The notes under the pieces were generated by a model. It was given only the letters and a program-made list of their open reading frames with translations. It did no database searches and was not told the origin of the DNA. Positions 23,692 through 33,141 of a stretch of 64,000 nt of DNA are shown here, piece after piece. The translations under genes were made by a program, and so were the position numbers. The first letter of the stretch is position 1. Each line of letters opens with the position of its first letter. This stretch comes from Planctomycetota bacterium (GTDB lineage: Bacteria; Planctomycetota; PLA2; JAEUHO01): assembly GCA_965223505.1 (NCBI GenBank), contig CBDCWP010000008.1:64001-128000 (forward strand). Direction: 5' to 3'.

Positions 23692-25533
23692 TTACCGGCC
23701 GTTCCCATTCGCCCCACGCGGCGGCCAGCTGTCACCGTCCGCCTCGGCGTCTTCCCTCAATTCTCGCACAATTCGTGCCCTAAGGCCGCGTTCGTCCCGA
23801 GCGGCGGCCGCCCGCTTGCGTTCATCCGGGACCAACCGCAGCCGGCCCTCGGCGTCCCGGGACTCCATCAGCACGGCGTCCTTGCAGCGCCGCGCGGTCC
23901 GGTACCAGGTGAGGTCGCGGTTCGGCAGCACGAACCGGTAGAGCCGCTGGAGATTGGGGCTGTAGGTGTCCTTGAAGCTGTCCTCGGTCATGCGCAGAAC
24001 GCGCTGGTAGACGCGTTCGGCCTCCTCGGCGTCCTGGATGTCCGCGAAGTAGTGAATCATCAGGCCGTAGTCGTTGACGATCCCGGCGAGGTTCCAGGAC
24101 TCGTAGAGGTCCCGGGACTCGTCGTCCGCCTCCGGGATCAACGCGGTCGCCTCGGCGTAGACGTCCCGGCAGAGGAAGAGTAGCTCCCTGACGCGCGCCG
24201 GCGCCTCGGGCTTGAGGCGCTGGATGCCGCCTTCCTCGAAGTTCGTGTGCGGCGACACGACCTCGCGCAGGATGAAGCCGAGGTTGTTGCGCGCGTACGG
24301 GTCCTTCGGGCGCAGCCGCAACAGCTCCTGGTAGATCGCCAAGCCGCGCTCGAACTCGGACGGCACCAGCGCCTGGGCCACGCGTTCGAGGCCGCCCGCC
24401 GCCGGCAGATGGCCGCTGTCCAGCTCCAGCGCGCGCACGTAGTGCTTGCGGGCCTCGCCCCACTGGCGCATGGAGTGCAACACCGTCCCGGCGAGCGTCC
24501 ACCCGGCCGGATCGCGTTCGTCGGCCGCGATGCGCCGCTGCGCGATCTTCAACGCGCTGCCGTGATCCTTCGCGCGTACGTAGACGTCTGCCAGCGCGTC
24601 GAGGGCGCTCAGGTCCTTGGGCGAGGCGTTCGCGGCCGCGAGCAGGGCCGCGGTCAACGCGGCCGTGTCGTTCGCGTACAGGCTCATGAGCCCGCGGCGC
24701 GCGAGATGCGCGGTGTTGCCGCCCAGCCGGTGCGCCTCGAGATAGAACGCGCGCGCCTCGTCGAGATCGCCGAGCCAGTGGGCCGACCACGCGCGCGCCA
24801 TGCGCGCCTCGCGCATCAGGGACGGCGGAAGCTGCGCGAACGAGGTGAACCGTCCGAATGCGTACGCCAGCCGCTCGAGCGCCTGCTCGAGCAGTGCCCT
24901 GCCCTCGCCGCGCGCGTCCTTCGATCCCTTGCCGTACAGATACGTGCCGTGCTGCGCCGCGAGCGCGATGTAGCCGTCGTCGTCGCCCTTCGTCTTGCCG
25001 TCGAGCACGCTCAGCGCGCCGTCGAGATCGCCCTGCGCGTAGAGCGCGCGCGCGTGCAGGTAGAGCGACAGCGGGTGGTGCCGCTCGCCCGCGTCCGTCG
25101 CGCGCTTGGCCCGATCGACGGCGTCCGTGAACAGGAACGCGACCGAGCTGCCGCCCGTACCGTTCTTCAGGTGGGTCTCCGCGAGGCCGAGGTACGCGAA
25201 GCCGAGTGCGAGGTCGCGCTCCGGGACCGATGCCGCCTGTTCGAGCGTCTCCGCGGCTTCGCGGACGCGCTGCAGCAGGTCGAGGTCGCCCATGTGCTGC
25301 GCCATCCATGCCGTCTTGCGCAGCAACGCGGGGTCCTTCGTTCCCGTTTCCAGGAACGCGACGAGGTGACGCGCCGCGTCGTCGTAGCGTTCCTCGGTGA
25401 ACGCTCTGTGCGCGTCCGTCCATTCGCCCGCGTGTGCGATGTGTGTCGCTGCAAGCTGCGAGACGCACACGAGAACGACGACGCATGCGCGCGACACGAG
25501 AACGAAGTGACGATTTCGGCGGCGTTCGAACAT
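23692..25533 (-). CDS. Secreted TPR protein, paralog of the downstream gene
   Basis: Signal peptide ending AHA; TPRs; shared C-terminal motif RNNLG..LR...D.GLM. Confidence 0.85.
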   Translation of the reverse strand: MFERRRNRHFVLVSRACVVVLVCVSQLAATHIAHAGEWTDAHRAFTEERYDDAARHLVAFLETGTKDPALLRKTAWMAQHMGDLDLLQRVREAAETLEQAASVPERDLALGFAYLGLAETHLKNGTGGSSVAFLFTDAVDRAKRATDAGERHHPLSLYLHARALYAQGDLDGALSVLDGKTKGDDDGYIALAAQHGTYLYGKGSKDARGEGRALLEQALERLAYAFGRFTSFAQLPPSLMREARMARAWSAHWLGDLDEARAFYLEAHRLGGNTAHLARRGLMSLYANDTAALTAALLAAANASPKDLSALDALADVYVRAKDHGSALKIAQRRIAADERDPAGWTLAGTVLHSMRQWGEARKHYVRALELDSGHLPAAGGLERVAQALVPSEFERGLAIYQELLRLRPKDPYARNNLGFILREVVSPHTNFEEGGIQRLKPEAPARVRELLFLCRDVYAEATALIPEADDESRDLYESWNLAGIVNDYGLMIHYFADIQDAEEAERVYQRVLRMTEDSFKDTYSPNLQRLYRFVLPNRDLTWYRTARRCKDAVLMESRDAEGRLRLVPDERKRAAAARDERGLRARIVRELREDAEADGDSWPPRGANGNGR

Positions 25534-25583
25534 CGCAGCAGGATACCTTTCGTCCCCTTCGGCGTGTATTCTCGACGAAGTCC

Positions 25584-27143
25584 ATGCCTACAGCCGCGAC
25601 CGACACCAACACATCGGTACCGACCGCGATACGCGCGGTGCTCAATGGCAAGAACGGTCTCGCCCTCGACGCCGCCACGGTCGAAGCGCTTTACACACAG
25701 GTCGAGAGAGTGCTCGAGCCCGCCGAGCGCGGCGCCAAGATGCGGCCGGCCGTGCTTGCCCGCGCCCGCGCGATGGCGCGGCGCAAGCCCGCGCGCGCGT
25801 TGCCGCCTGCCAAGGCGATGAGCCTGGTGTTGGCGGTGCGCGACGAGATGAAGACGCGCGAAGCGCCCGGCGGGAAGAGCGCCGAGCGGGCCCGCGCCGA
25901 GCGACTCGACCGCGCGGCCGAGATCGCCTCCCAGACCCTGGTCGAGTTCCTGACGGCGGACGCGGCGCCCAAGCGCGTCGAGACCCGCGAAGCCTCCGAC
26001 GAGGCGCGCGGGCTGCTGCAACGCCTGGTCTCCGTCATGCCGGACGCCGTCGTCACGCTCAGGGCATCCGGCGCGCTGGGCCACTGGAGCGTCGGCGCCA
26101 CACGCATCACCGGTCGCCGGCGGCGTGAGGTGCAGCGGCGCGGCTTGCCCTCGGTCTTCCGCAACGGGAAGGCACTGACGAGCCTGCTGCGCGACCTCGA
26201 TCGCAAGGGGCGCGTGACCGATCACGAGGTCATTCTCGTGAACGCGTCGGGCGAGGACGTGCCGATTCGCGTGTTCGGTACGCGCCTGCGGGCACCCGGT
26301 GACGGCGCCGCGCGCAAGCGCAGCCGCAAGCGCAAGCGCGCGTCAAGGCGCACCACGCAAGGGGACGAAGATCGCTACCTGCTCGTCTTGCACGACATGA
26401 CGGAGGTGCAGCGCATTCGCCGCCGCCTGATCGAGACGGAGAAGCTCTCGGCGATGGCGAAGATCGCCGGCAGCGTCGCGCACGAGTTTCGCAACCCGCT
26501 CAACTCGCTCTTCCTGAACACGGACCTGCTCGAAGACGAGCTCGACGGGCGTCGCGAGATCCGCCGCGCGATCGCGCCGACGCTCTCGGCGATTCGAGAA
26601 GAGATCGAGCGATTGAACCAGATTATCACGCACTACCTCTCGCTTTCGAAGGTCGCGAGCACCGAGACCGAGGTCATGGACCTCGGCGCGGCGGTGCGCG
26701 ACTTCGCGGACGAGTGGACGGAACGGGCCGCCGAGCGCGACGTGCAGCTGCGTGTCCGCCTCGACGACGAAGACCAGCGCATCAGCGCCGACCCGAATCA
26801 GGTGCGGCGCATTCTGGTGAACCTGGTCGAGAACGCCTTCGACGCGGTCGCGGACCGCGAGACGAAGAGCGGCCGGGCGAACACGGTGACGCTCCTGGTC
26901 CGCCGCATGCGTCGTTCCGTCAAGCTGACCGTGAAGGACAACGGCCCGGGGATCCCGCCCGAGGTGCGGGAACGAGTCTTCGAGCCGTTCTACACCTCGA
27001 AGCCCGGCGGCTCCGGCCTCGGGTTGTACCTGGTGCGTGAGATCGTGCTCGCGGGTGGCGGGTGGATCTCGCTCTCGAGCGGCGACGGCCGAGGAACGTC
27101 GGTGTCCGTGCGCTGGCCGAGCCCCGAAGAGGAGCGCGCGTGA
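25584..27143 (+). CDS. Cytoplasmic PAS-domain sensor histidine kinase (NtrB-like)
   Basis: PAS (MPDAVVTL...W..GA..ITG); H-box VAHEFRNPL; N-box NLVENAFDA; DNGPGI; FEPFYTSK; GSGLGL. Start at ATG 25584 inferred. Confidence 0.92.
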   Translation: MPTAATDTNTSVPTAIRAVLNGKNGLALDAATVEALYTQVERVLEPAERGAKMRPAVLARARAMARRKPARALPPAKAMSLVLAVRDEMKTREAPGGKSAERARAERLDRAAEIASQTLVEFLTADAAPKRVETREASDEARGLLQRLVSVMPDAVVTLRASGALGHWSVGATRITGRRRREVQRRGLPSVFRNGKALTSLLRDLDRKGRVTDHEVILVNASGEDVPIRVFGTRLRAPGDGAARKRSRKRKRASRRTTQGDEDRYLLVLHDMTEVQRIRRRLIETEKLSAMAKIAGSVAHEFRNPLNSLFLNTDLLEDELDGRREIRRAIAPTLSAIREEIERLNQIITHYLSLSKVASTETEVMDLGAAVRDFADEWTERAAERDVQLRVRLDDEDQRISADPNQVRRILVNLVENAFDAVADRETKSGRANTVTLLVRRMRRSVKLTVKDNGPGIPPEVRERVFEPFYTSKPGGSGLGLYLVREIVLAGGGWISLSSGDGRGTSVSVRWPSPEEERA

Positions 27144-28633
27144 AGGTGCCCCGCAACGACGAGCAGGCGACGCCGCAGCCGGACGAGGCGTCCGTCGAGC
27201 AAGCCACGCCGTCCATCCTCATCGTCGACGACGATCGCAACACACGCACCTCGCTCCAGCGGGCGTTGGAGCGCGACGGATACGGCGTGCTCGTCGCGGA
27301 GAACGGCAAGGACGCGCTGGGCATCGCCCAGGGGCCGGAGGACATCGACCTCGTCCTGACGGACCTGATCATGCCGGGACTCGACGGCCTCGGGTTCCTC
27401 GAGGGGCTGCGCGTCGTGCGTCCGGAGGTGCCGACGATCCTGATCTCGGCGTTCGCCAACGTGGACACCGCCGTGAAAGCGGGGCGTCGTGGCGTTTGCG
27501 AGGTGCTCGAGAAGCCGATTCGTCTGCGCGACGTGCGCCGCGCGATCAAGCGCGCCATGAAGACGGCGCGTTCGACGATCGACATTCGCCGGTCCCGCGA
27601 GTCGTCCTGCGGCGACGGGGCCGCGTTCGAGACCGGCTCCAAACCGTTGATCGGCGGGAGTCCGGCGTTCGTCGAGGTCATCGACCTCATCAAGCGCGTG
27701 GCGCCGGTTTCGTCGACGGTCCTGTTGCAGGGCGAGAGCGGCACGGGCAAGGAGCTGATCGCGGAGGCCGTCCACGCGAATTCGCCGCGTCGCAACGGTC
27801 CATTGGTCAAGGTCGCGTGCGCGGCGCTGGCCGAGGGCGTGCTGGAGGCCGAGCTGTTCGGCAACGAGAAGGGCGCGTACACCGGCGCTCACGAGCAGCG
27901 GATCGGGCGCTTCGAGCTGGCGCACGGGGGCACGTTGTTCCTGGACGAGATCGGCGAGCTGAGCCTGCCGCTGCAGGTCAAGCTGCTGCGTGTCCTGCAG
28001 GAAGGCGAGTTCGAGCGGGTGGGCGGCACGAAGACGTTGAAGACGGACGTGCGCGTGATCGCCGCGACGAACCGCCGGCTGGAAGACGAAGTCGAGTCGG
28101 GCGGCTTCCGCGAAGACCTGTACTGGCGGCTCAACGTGATCTCGATCCGGGTGCCGCCGCTGCGGGAGCGCAACGGCGACATCGGACTCCTGGCCGAGCA
28201 CTTCCTCGACAAGGTGCTCGCGAGGACCGGGCGCGATGCGCCGGTTTCGATCGACGCCGACGTGGTGAAGAAGCTGCACCAGTACGGCTGGCCGGGCAAC
28301 GTGCGCGAGCTCGAGAACGCGATCGAGCGCGCGGTCGTCCTGGCGCGGGGTGACAGCATCACGCTCGAGGAGCTGCCGGCGGCGATCCGAGAGTCCACGG
28401 GCGCCGACGTGGGCGCGCCGCAGCCGCAGGTCATCGAGTTCGAGGTCGGGCAGAGCCTCGCGGCGCTCGAGCGCGAGGCGATCCGGCGGACGCTGGACGC
28501 GGTCGACGGCAACCGCGAGGCGGCGGCGTCGCTGTTGGGGATCGGGGTCGCGACCCTGTATCGCCGGCTGAAGGAGATGGAGTCCGAGGAGGAAGACGCG
28601 GCCACCGAGAGGCCCGCCGACCCCGAGGAATAG
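27140..28633 (+). CDS. Sigma-54-dependent response regulator (NtrC family)
   Basis: Receiver (ILIVDDD, TDLIMP, EKP); [31 protein letters not shown]; Fis HTH ([21 protein letters not shown]); GTG overlaps the kinase TGA. Confidence 0.95.
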   Translation: MKVPRNDEQATPQPDEASVEQATPSILIVDDDRNTRTSLQRALERDGYGVLVAENGKDALGIAQGPEDIDLVLTDLIMPGLDGLGFLEGLRVVRPEVPTILISAFANVDTAVKAGRRGVCEVLEKPIRLRDVRRAIKRAMKTARSTIDIRRSRESSCGDGAAFETGSKPLIGGSPAFVEVIDLIKRVAPVSSTVLLQGESGTGKELIAEAVHANSPRRNGPLVKVACAALAEGVLEAELFGNEKGAYTGAHEQRIGRFELAHGGTLFLDEIGELSLPLQVKLLRVLQEGEFERVGGTKTLKTDVRVIAATNRRLEDEVESGGFREDLYWRLNVISIRVPPLRERNGDIGLLAEHFLDKVLARTGRDAPVSIDADVVKKLHQYGWPGNVRELENAIERAVVLARGDSITLEELPAAIRESTGADVGAPQPQVIEFEVGQSLAALEREAIRRTLDAVDGNREAAASLLGIGVATLYRRLKEMESEEEDAATERPADPEE

Positions 28634-28680
28634 GCCTCTTCCGCTCCCGAGCCCCGTTGCGGCGCCTTCCGCCGATCCCT

Positions 28681-28955
28681 CAGGCCCGCCGCGACCGTCT
28701 TGGCGACGGGTCGCCTTCCCCCGAACCATCAGGCCCGCCGCGCGCCCGTCGCCACCGTCTTGGCGACGGGTCGCCTTCCCCCGAACCATCAGGCCCGCCG
28801 CGCGCCCGTCGCCACCGTCTTGGCGACGGGTCGCCTTCCCCCGAACCATCAGGCCCGCCGCGCGCCCGTCGCCACCGTCTTGGCGACGGGTCGCCTTCCC
28901 CCGAACCATCAGGCCCGCCGCGCGCCCGTCGCCACCGTCTTGGCGACGGGTCGCC
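28681..28955. repeat. 60-bp perfect tandem repeat (about 4.5 copies) with internal hairpin
   Basis: Lines 28741, 28801 and 28861 are identical; each unit has CCCGTCGCCA-ccgtct-TGGCGACGGG (10-bp stem). Confidence 0.95.
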
Positions 28956-29051
28956 AGCAAACAAGAACGGGTCGCAAGCAATTGGAAACGCCCCGCCGCG
29001 ATGGCTCGCGGCGGGGCGTCGGTGATTCGAGCAGAAGCTCGGTTCCGGAAA

Positions 29052-29360
29052 CTACTTCCTGCGGCGGCGCGCGGCCTTCTTCTTCGCGGCCTTCTTCTTG
29101 CGCGGCTTGCGCTTCGCGGCCTTCTTCTTGCGGCGCGCGGGCTTGCGCTTCGCGGCCTTCTTCTTGCGCGGCTTGCGCTTCGCGGCCTTCTTCTTGCGGC
29201 GTGCGGCCTTCTTCTTGCGCTTTGCGGCCTTCTTCTTGCGCGGCTTGCGCTTCGCGGCCTTCTTGCGGCGCGCGGGCTTGCGCTTCGCGGCCTTCTTACG
29301 GCGCGCGGGCTTGCGCTTTGCCGCCTTCTTGCGGCGCGCCTTCTTCTTTCTTGCAGCCAT
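29052..29360 (-). CDS. Histone H1-like / protamine-like basic protein
   Basis: 102 aa of KKAAKRKP(A)RR repeats; only M, K, R, A, P; strong SD AAGGAGG upstream of ATG 29360. Confidence 0.88.
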   Translation of the reverse strand: MAARKKKARRKKAAKRKPARRKKAAKRKPARRKKAAKRKPRKKKAAKRKKKAARRKKKAAKRKPRKKKAAKRKPARRKKKAAKRKPRKKKAAKKKAARRRRK

Positions 29361-29913
29361 GGTTTCTGCCTCCTTGAACGATCGATCGCTTCGTCGCAAC
29401 CGGTGGCTACCGGTGCGACACCCGCCAAACGGGCACACACGTGTCCGTCGACGTCGTACGGGCCGTCAGGCTAGACGACACGTACGACGAGGACGAGATC
29501 CACGAAAACCGAAAGAACGATGCCTCAACGCCTCCCAGCGTCGAAACGCGCATGCAGTACACCTACGACATGCACGGCGGATTGCTAATACAACTTTTGT
29601 GCCGTATGCGAAAAAGTCGTGGTAACGAAGCACTTTGGTGCGTGCGGACTATCAAAATGAGAAAGAAGTGTGTTCGTTGCGCGAAAGTTCTCTCAACTTG
29701 AATGCAGATTGGTCAACGCGTGCTGTGCCGCGTTGTTGCGGGCGCGCACCCGTCGTCTGCGTTCCGTCGTCATGCGCACGAGTCCGACGGAAACTGCGCT
29801 AAAGCTCTACGACGGTCTTGCCGATGGCTTTTCGGCCTGATTTGCGCGCCCGTTTTGCGCCCGCGCGCGTGTTGCGCGGTGATTTCGCGCGCGCTCTGGC
29901 ATGATTCGTTTCG

Positions 29914-30645
29914 ATGTCGTGCCGATTCCTCGTCGCCCCCGAACTCTCGAACGCGTTGCGCGCGGCCAACGTCGCAAGCGCGAACGACCTGCTCGACCTG
30001 CAGGTGGACGACAAGCCGCGCAACGTCGTCACGCCCTGTGAGCTGCCGGTCGAAGGGACCGCGGGCCGCTTTCATCTGAAGCGCTACGCGTACCCGAACC
30101 TCGGGCGGTCCCTGCGCATGCTCGGCCGCGGCACGTTCTGGGGCACCGCGCCCGAGATCAGCGAGTTCCTGGCCCTGCAGCGCCTTCGGGAACTCGGGGT
30201 CCCGGCCGTGCGGCCGGTCGCGGCGGCTGCCCGCACCCGTCTTGGGCTGTTGGATTCCCATGCGCTGCTGACGGAGCACGTGCCGGACGCCGTGGATCTC
30301 GCGCAGCGGCTCGCGGACCCGGCCGATCCGCTCAACACGGAAACGGAGCTGCGCGCGCAGGTCGTCGATCTCCTGGCGCGTCAGATCGCCGCGATGCACC
30401 ACGGCAACTTCGTGCACCGCGATCTGTTCGCGCGCAACGTGCTGTTGCGCGTCGGTGCGGACGGCCCCGAGCTCCTGTTCCTGGATTGCCGGCGGGGCGG
30501 ACCGCCGACACGACGGCACGACGCTTCCTACGACCTCGCGTGCTTCGTGAATGAGCAAAGTCTGTTGAAAGGCGGCGGATTCGAGGTGGAAGAGGTGCAG
30601 CGACTGCAGGAGGTCTACCGGGAGCGCTTCCCGCCGGCGTTCTGA
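29914..30645 (+). CDS. Lipopolysaccharide kinase (Kdo/WaaP/InaA family)
   Basis: FHLKRY, EF.ALQRL...GVP, LLTE, HHGNFVHRDLFARNVL, FLD. Confidence 0.85.
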   Translation: MSCRFLVAPELSNALRAANVASANDLLDLQVDDKPRNVVTPCELPVEGTAGRFHLKRYAYPNLGRSLRMLGRGTFWGTAPEISEFLALQRLRELGVPAVRPVAAAARTRLGLLDSHALLTEHVPDAVDLAQRLADPADPLNTETELRAQVVDLLARQIAAMHHGNFVHRDLFARNVLLRVGADGPELLFLDCRRGGPPTRRHDASYDLACFVNEQSLLKGGGFEVEEVQRLQEVYRERFPPAF

Positions 30646-30684
30646 CGCGCGGGCGTGTCCCCCGGGACGCGTACGTTCCCGCCG

Positions 30685-31431
30685 ATGCTGAAGCTCCGCT
30701 CCCAGTCGTTCCGCCGGTACCGCCTGCACGGATCCGTTCCCTCGCCCGACAGCCACGCGTTCGTCGAGCGCTTGCTCGACCGCAAGTTCGTGCCGCTCAC
30801 GGCGAACGAGGAACGCACGTACGGGTGGGTGAGCGCGGACAACCTGCTCCTCACCGACTTCGAGCCGGGGGCGATGACGATCGGGTCGTTCGCCGCCTTC
30901 TCCTTGCGCGTCGATCGCCGGCGCGTCAACGCGAAGCTGCTGCGCGCGCACATGGACCTCGAAGTCCGCGGCCGCCGAAAGGCCGCGGCGGACGGCGCCG
31001 GCTCCGCGCGCATGACGCGCGACGAGAAGCGCGAGCTGCGCAAGAACCTGCACGACGAGCTCCTGAAGCAGACGAACCCGTCGATCGACACGATTCCGGT
31101 GCTGCTGCACACGAAGCGCAAGGTGGCGTACGTCCTGGCGTTGTCGCGCGCGGCCAACGACCTGGTTCGCATGCACTTCCTGGACACGTTCGGCGCGGAG
31201 CTCATCCCGATGACGCCGTGGCGCCGCGGGGCGGAGCTCCTGGAAGGGTCCCCGTGGGCCGAGCGGCTCGATCACCTGCACCGCACGGAGCTAGGAACGA
31301 CCGCGGCCGCGACCGAGCCGGGGCAGGCCGCCGGGCCGCCGGATCGCATGCGCGAGATCGGCCGTGAGACGGCCGTCTCCCTCGAGGATCGCGGCGTGAA
31401 GACGCTCTCGACCGAGGAGACCGGCTCATGA
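30685..31431 (+). CDS. rdgC: RdgC-like recombination-associated protein (N-terminal part)
   Basis: SFRRYR...F.PL...EERTYGWV...FSLRVDRRRV.AKLL...EKRELRK...ELL, resembling RdgC. Confidence 0.72.
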   Translation: MLKLRSQSFRRYRLHGSVPSPDSHAFVERLLDRKFVPLTANEERTYGWVSADNLLLTDFEPGAMTIGSFAAFSLRVDRRRVNAKLLRAHMDLEVRGRRKAAADGAGSARMTRDEKRELRKNLHDELLKQTNPSIDTIPVLLHTKRKVAYVLALSRAANDLVRMHFLDTFGAELIPMTPWRRGAELLEGSPWAERLDHLHRTELGTTAAATEPGQAAGPPDRMREIGRETAVSLEDRGVKTLSTEETGS

Positions 31432-31979
31432 TCGCCCCCGCAAACAGCCTGCAGCAGCCCGGCGACCGGGGCGGACTCGACTTCCTCGGGCCCGAATTCC
31501 TCACGTGGCTATGGTGGCGCGCCGACGTGGATCCGTGCTTCGAGCACGAGGACGGCGCCAAGGTGTTCATCCACTTCGACGAGCACCTCGAGTTCCGGGG
31601 GGAGCGCTCGGCGGCGCGCCGCGTCACGCTCCGAACCGGCATGCCCGGCGCCAGCATGGAGGCGCGGGCGGCGCTTCGCAGCGGCAAGATGCTGTACTCG
31701 GCACGGATCCTCCTGGCGCGGGGCGAGGAGGAGGTGCGCTTCACGCTGCGCGCCGAGGACCTCGACATCTCCGGCATGCGGCTGCCTGCGCCCGAGGGCG
31801 ACACGCTTCAGGATCGCCGCGCCGCGTGTCTCGACGCGCAGGACCAGTTCCTCACCGACCTCGACCTCTGTCTGCAGACCTTCCTGGGCGTTCGCTGCTC
31901 GAACGCGTGGGACGACGAGGCGGCCAAGATGCGCGCGTGGGGACTCGCGCCGAGCCAGGACGAGCGCGTACTGGCGTAG
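31428..31979 (+). CDS. Conserved hypothetical protein, RdgC C-terminal-like partner
   Basis: DFLGPEFLTWLWW...EARAALRSGK...FTL; ATGA overlap with the upstream gene. Confidence 0.7.
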   Translation: MIAPANSLQQPGDRGGLDFLGPEFLTWLWWRADVDPCFEHEDGAKVFIHFDEHLEFRGERSAARRVTLRTGMPGASMEARAALRSGKMLYSARILLARGEEEVRFTLRAEDLDISGMRLPAPEGDTLQDRRAACLDAQDQFLTDLDLCLQTFLGVRCSNAWDDEAAKMRAWGLAPSQDERVLA

Positions 31980-31988
31980 GCTGTGCCG

Positions 31989-32795
31989 ATGGCCGGCCGT
32001 CTTGCTGTATTGATCGTCCTGGCCGCGTGCGCGGGCTGTCGCGGCGGCGCCGGGCATCCGGTGCGTCGTTCCTTGCCGCGCCTGCCCGATGCCGCGGTCG
32101 TGCCGACGCCGGCCGCGGCGTTCGAACCGCAGCCGCCGGACGATCTGCGCGCGGTCGACGAGCTCTTCCAGGGCATCGAGGGCGTCAAGCTGCGCATCCT
32201 GATGCTGGCCAAGCGACCGGCGCCGTCGGGTCGAACGCCGCGCATCGTCGACCTTCCGCAGGTCGCTCGTTCCGTGGAACAGCGCTATCGCGGCGGCGGC
32301 CCTTCGGGCCCGATTCGTTCCGTCGCGGCGCTCGGGCTGATCGGTTGGGTACCGATTCCGCCGCACCGGCTGGCCGACATCATGGTGGATCCCGAAGCCG
32401 AGCGTCAGCTTTTCGCGGCGCAGACGTTTCGAACGATCGAGACCGTCTACGAGCTCCCGAACGCGATGCGCAAGGGCTTCTACGTCGAGAAGCTCAACAT
32501 GAAGATCGGCCCGGCCCGCTATCACCTGCGGTTCGCGATCTCGGCGGAGCGGATCGATCTCTCCGACGGATGTGTGTGGTTGCGGTACGACCCGCGCACA
32601 CGGCCGCGCCCGCAGGGCGTGACGCTGTACCGCGGCGGCGCGTGGCTTCAGCCGGAGCGCGGCGGGACGCGCGTGGTGGAGCTCACGTTGTTCGGCGTGG
32701 ATCTGGGCGGGTTGGTGTGGAAGCTGGGCCGGCCGTTGGTGGACAAGACGTTCAACGATCGTGCCGTGAACCTCTGGATCCGGGCGTGGCGGTAG
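31989..32795 (+). CDS. Hypothetical lipoprotein, possible START-like fold
   Basis: Lipobox-like LAAC/AGC after a hydrophobic stretch; C-terminal G.W.LQP..GGTRV...GVDLGG pattern. Confidence 0.6.
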   Translation: MAGRLAVLIVLAACAGCRGGAGHPVRRSLPRLPDAAVVPTPAAAFEPQPPDDLRAVDELFQGIEGVKLRILMLAKRPAPSGRTPRIVDLPQVARSVEQRYRGGGPSGPIRSVAALGLIGWVPIPPHRLADIMVDPEAERQLFAAQTFRTIETVYELPNAMRKGFYVEKLNMKIGPARYHLRFAISAERIDLSDGCVWLRYDPRTRPRPQGVTLYRGGAWLQPERGGTRVVELTLFGVDLGGLVWKLGRPLVDKTFNDRAVNLWIRAWR

Positions 32796-32858
32796 GGAAC
32801 GGCCGTTGTGGCCGCCCGCGATCCCGGGCTTGATTCCGGACCCTTCGCATTTCGCGTT

Positions 32859-33053
32859 GGGCAGCCACAAGGGCTGCCCCTACAGGTGATCCGTCACGTG
32901 GACGTGAACGTGAACGTGAACCTGCACGACAGCTCGGACCGGGAGGTGGTGAACGCGATTGCGGATGTAGGGGCGACCCTCGTGGTCGCCCAAACGTTCA
33001 TCGATCAGCTGTCGACGCATGACCGGTTGGGCAGCCACAAGGGCTGCCCCTAC
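32859..33053. repeat. REP cluster (B-A-B) with ACGTGA hexamer linker
   Basis: REP-B at 32859 and 33029, REP-A at 32967, identical to the copies at 21.5 kb. Confidence 0.92.
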
Positions 33054-33141
33054 AACCATCCGCGAGCCGCTCCCGAATCTGCTGCCGATCCCGATTCGAT
33101 TCCGGGGCGTACACGCGGCTGGCGGGGCTTCGCCCCCGTCC

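Noticed and set aside
28681..28955. CRISPR array (palindromic repeat at a 60-bp period)
   Set aside because: The sequence between hairpins is identical in each unit, so there are no unique spacers; no cas genes are in the window.
29441..30079. ORFs 29441-29701 and 29702-30079
   Set aside because: Atypical codon usage, no SD, no motifs; better explained as a regulatory intergenic region.
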